32,000 nt of DNA from assembly GCF_016592615.1 (NCBI RefSeq), contig NZ_AP013043.1, positions 30,001 to 62,000 of the forward strand, read 5' to 3'. This document shows, in pieces, positions 26,486-32,000 of the stretch. A program made the translations under genes and the position numbers. Source of the DNA: Isorropodon fossajaponicum endosymbiont JTNG4 (GTDB lineage Bacteria > Pseudomonadota > Gammaproteobacteria > PS1 > Pseudothioglobaceae). Within the stretch, counting starts at the first letter, position 1. Each line of letters starts with the position of its first letter. Under the pieces are notes generated by a model that saw nothing but the letters and a program-made list of their open reading frames with translations, was not told the DNA's origin and ran no database searches.

Positions 26486-26965
26486 ATGGATGGATATCAA
26501 AAACTAGTAGCACAGGCATTAACAACAGTAGGTGAAGTGTTTCCATGGGATTTGGAAGAAGAGATTAAGCACAACGTTGATTTAATATTACTAGATATTC
26601 GCGAGCAAGATGAATTTGACATGATGCACATTAAGCATTCAATTCATGTTCCTAGAGGCGTGCTTGAGGGCGCTTGTGTTTGGAATTATGATGACACTGT
26701 GCCCAAATTAGCACAAGCAAGAGGGCAAAATATTGTTGTAATTTGCCGCTTAGGCAATCGTAGCGCACTTGCAGCCTTTACTATGCAACAAATGGGCTTT
26801 ACCAAAATGCGCTCATTAAAAATGGGTATCAAGGGCTGGAATGATAATGATTTTGAAATGGTGAATGTCAATCATACAATTGTTGATATTGACCAAGCCG
26901 ATAAATGGCTTAATAGAACGGTTTCAGAAGATAAATTAACGCCTTATAAAAATAATGTTAATTAA
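26486..26965 (+). CDS. Single-domain rhodanese-like sulfurtransferase
   Basis: LLDIREQDEF...HI..SIHVPRG and the active-site loop CRLGNRS. ATG lies 5 nt after the regulator's stop. An alternative TTG at 26471 would overlap the regulator gene. Confidence 0.8.
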   Translation: MDGYQKLVAQALTTVGEVFPWDLEEEIKHNVDLILLDIREQDEFDMMHIKHSIHVPRGVLEGACVWNYDDTVPKLAQARGQNIVVICRLGNRSALAAFTMQQMGFTKMRSLKMGIKGWNDNDFEMVNVNHTIVDIDQADKWLNRTVSEDKLTPYKNNVN

Positions 26966-26968
26966 CAT

Positions 26969-26996
26969 CTGACCCAGTGTTTTTTCTTAGTATAAT
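26969..26996 (+). promoter_or_regulatory. Possible upstream rrn promoter (P1-like)
   Basis: CTGACC, 16 nt, TATAAT. Its -10 lies 104 bp upstream of the -10 of the stronger consensus promoter, comparable to tandem rrn P1/P2 promoters. Confidence 0.35.
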
Positions 26997-27072
26997 TCTG
27001 CGCTTTCACTGCACAGAAACAGCCTTTGTTTTTAATACAAGGAAGTCGGAAAATAAAAGTTTAAAATAACGC

Positions 27073-27100
27073 TTGACAGGTTATCAGTTAGCTGTATAAT
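27073..27100 (+). promoter_or_regulatory. Consensus sigma70 rrn promoter with an A/T-rich UP-like region
   Basis: TTGACA (27073-27078), 16 nt, TATAAT (27095-27100). Preceded by aaaataaaagtttaaaataa. About 210 nt upstream of the 16S. Confidence 0.7.
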
Positions 27101-27149
27101 TTCCACTTTTAACTGCAGCAAAAATTGCTTTGGCTATTTATGTTGTGGT

Positions 27150-27162
27150 TGCTCTTTAAAAA
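27150..27162 (+). promoter_or_regulatory. rrn leader boxA antitermination element
   Basis: TGCTCTTTAAAAA compared with the E. coli boxA consensus TGCTCTTTAACAA. Confidence 0.6.
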
Positions 27163-27307
27163 ACTATCAAACAACTTGTGTGGGCACTCGTACAATAAAA
27201 TTGTGCAAGTGCACATTAAAAACTAAAGCAAATAAGCTTTTTAAAAAATTGAACGCAAAGCGCATTCATTTATTTGAATGTTGCCAATGTTCTAAATAGT
27301 TAGAATT

Positions 27308-28852
<1,545 letters not shown>

Positions 28853-29011
28853 AGAAAAGTATGAGTGTCCACAACAAGTTGTTTGATGACTATAAAGATA
28901 AGAAGAATCACATTACACTTTTGCGTGATAACTTTTATAGTGATTACGTAGGATATTTTTTATTATTCAAGGCATTTTTTGAGCGAAGGTAGAAGTGTAG
29001 TAGTAGCTGTA

Positions 29012-29030
29012 TGACTGACTGACTGACTGA
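29012..29030. repeat. (TGAC)4 tetranucleotide microsatellite in the 16S-tRNA spacer
   Basis: tgactgactgactgactga, read directly from the sequence. Confidence 0.8.
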
Positions 29031-29071
29031 AGAAAACAACGTAGAAAGATAAAAAATAAACCAGTAATTTT

Positions 29072-29148
<77 letters not shown>

Positions 29149-29172
29149 AATTTTATTTTTTATGCTGTTTTA

Positions 29173-29248
29173 GGGGTCATAGCTCAGCTGGGAGAGCGCT
29201 TGCCTTGCACGCAAGAGGTCGGGAGTTCGATCCTCCCTGGCTCCACCA
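29173..29248 (+). tRNA. tRNA-Ala (anticodon TGC)
   Basis: GGGGTCATAGCTCAGCTGGGAGAGCGCTTGCCTTGCACGCAAGAGGTCGGGAGTTCGATCCTCCCTGGCTCCACCA. The G3:U70 identity pair is present. Confidence 0.95.
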
Positions 29249-29314
29249 AATATTCTTTTATTTAAAAACTTAAACAAGACAATTTTTAATCGTTGCTTCG
29301 TTTAAGTTTTTATA

Positions 29315-29344
29315 CCACGCCTTCGGGCGTGGAGCTCTTTAACA
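29315..29344 (+). promoter_or_regulatory. Spacer boxB-like hairpin plus boxA
   Basis: ccacgcc-ttcg-ggcgtgg hairpin (29315-29332), immediately followed by GCTCTTTAACAA (29333-29344). Confidence 0.55.
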
Positions 29345-29716
29345 ATTTAATACATGAAGTAAAGTTTGTAAATATACAATATAACAACGCGAAGACTGTT
29401 GTGATGACAGTTTTCATTGGTGTATTGCATTGACACAACAATTTCAAAAAATATGGATTCTCATCAGCGGTGTCAAAACCGCTGGTGAAATAAGAAAGAA
29501 AGAATTCACCGATTGTGATTTATTACAATTTGTGACTTCTTGGTGAAATACTAAGAAGTATGACACTAAACTTGAGTGATTTCAGATTTTGTCTTTGACA
29601 AAGCGTTTTATTGACGATTGAAGGAGTTTAGCCTTGCTAAATAACTGATTGAGAAAATAAAACAACACAGACAAAGGGGAAATATGGAAACACATCTAGA
29701 TGGTTTGGGGTTATAT

Positions 29717-32000
<2,284 letters not shown>

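Noticed and set aside
26966-27050. Possible rho-independent terminator after the rhodanese gene
   Set aside because: Only 3-5 bp of imperfect complementarity could be found (ctgcgc...gcacag, aaaca...tgttt). That is not convincing as a stem.

Overview
AT-rich, tightly packed gammaproteobacterial chromosome segment. From memory, the 16S and protein sequences resemble SUP05-clade or thioautotrophic-symbiont lineages; this is not verified. Most of the window is conserved housekeeping. In order: rsmI divergent from yraN and a DolP-like lipoprotein; purD; the metY(tRNA-fMet)-rimP-nusA-infB-rbfA-truB operon; gshB; crcB; rarA; apbE; a lytic transglycosylase; ruvX-pyrB-UPF0149; a MutT/ThiE-like fusion; gshA; mnmE. 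The 3' end holds an rrn operon: promoter and boxA, 16S, tRNA-Ile(GAT), tRNA-Ala(TGC), then a partial 23S running off the window. Several things are not ordinary. (1) A NarX/NarQ-family histidine kinase has no periplasmic sensor domain; it is followed by a NarL-like regulator and a tightly linked single-domain rhodanese, and I propose this as a cytoplasmic sulfur/redox-sensing module. (2) Positions 17290-20344 are a decay zone: the 3' stump of one IS3-family transposase is abutted by a 1300-bp IS911-like IS3-family element. That element has no target-site duplication and is itself inactivated, and it truncates a DUF748/AsmA-like gene whose tail carries five in-frame stops. (3) There are two more small pseudogenes missing from the ORF track: a thioredoxin-like [2Fe-2S] ferredoxin with compensating indels, and a roughly 78-codon rnhB remnant. 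(4) An unrecognisable 208-aa ORF is translationally coupled between truB and purD. Gene packing is extreme, with overlapping divergent start codons and overlapping convergent stop codons. No CRISPR array, prophage or recognisable defence system was seen.
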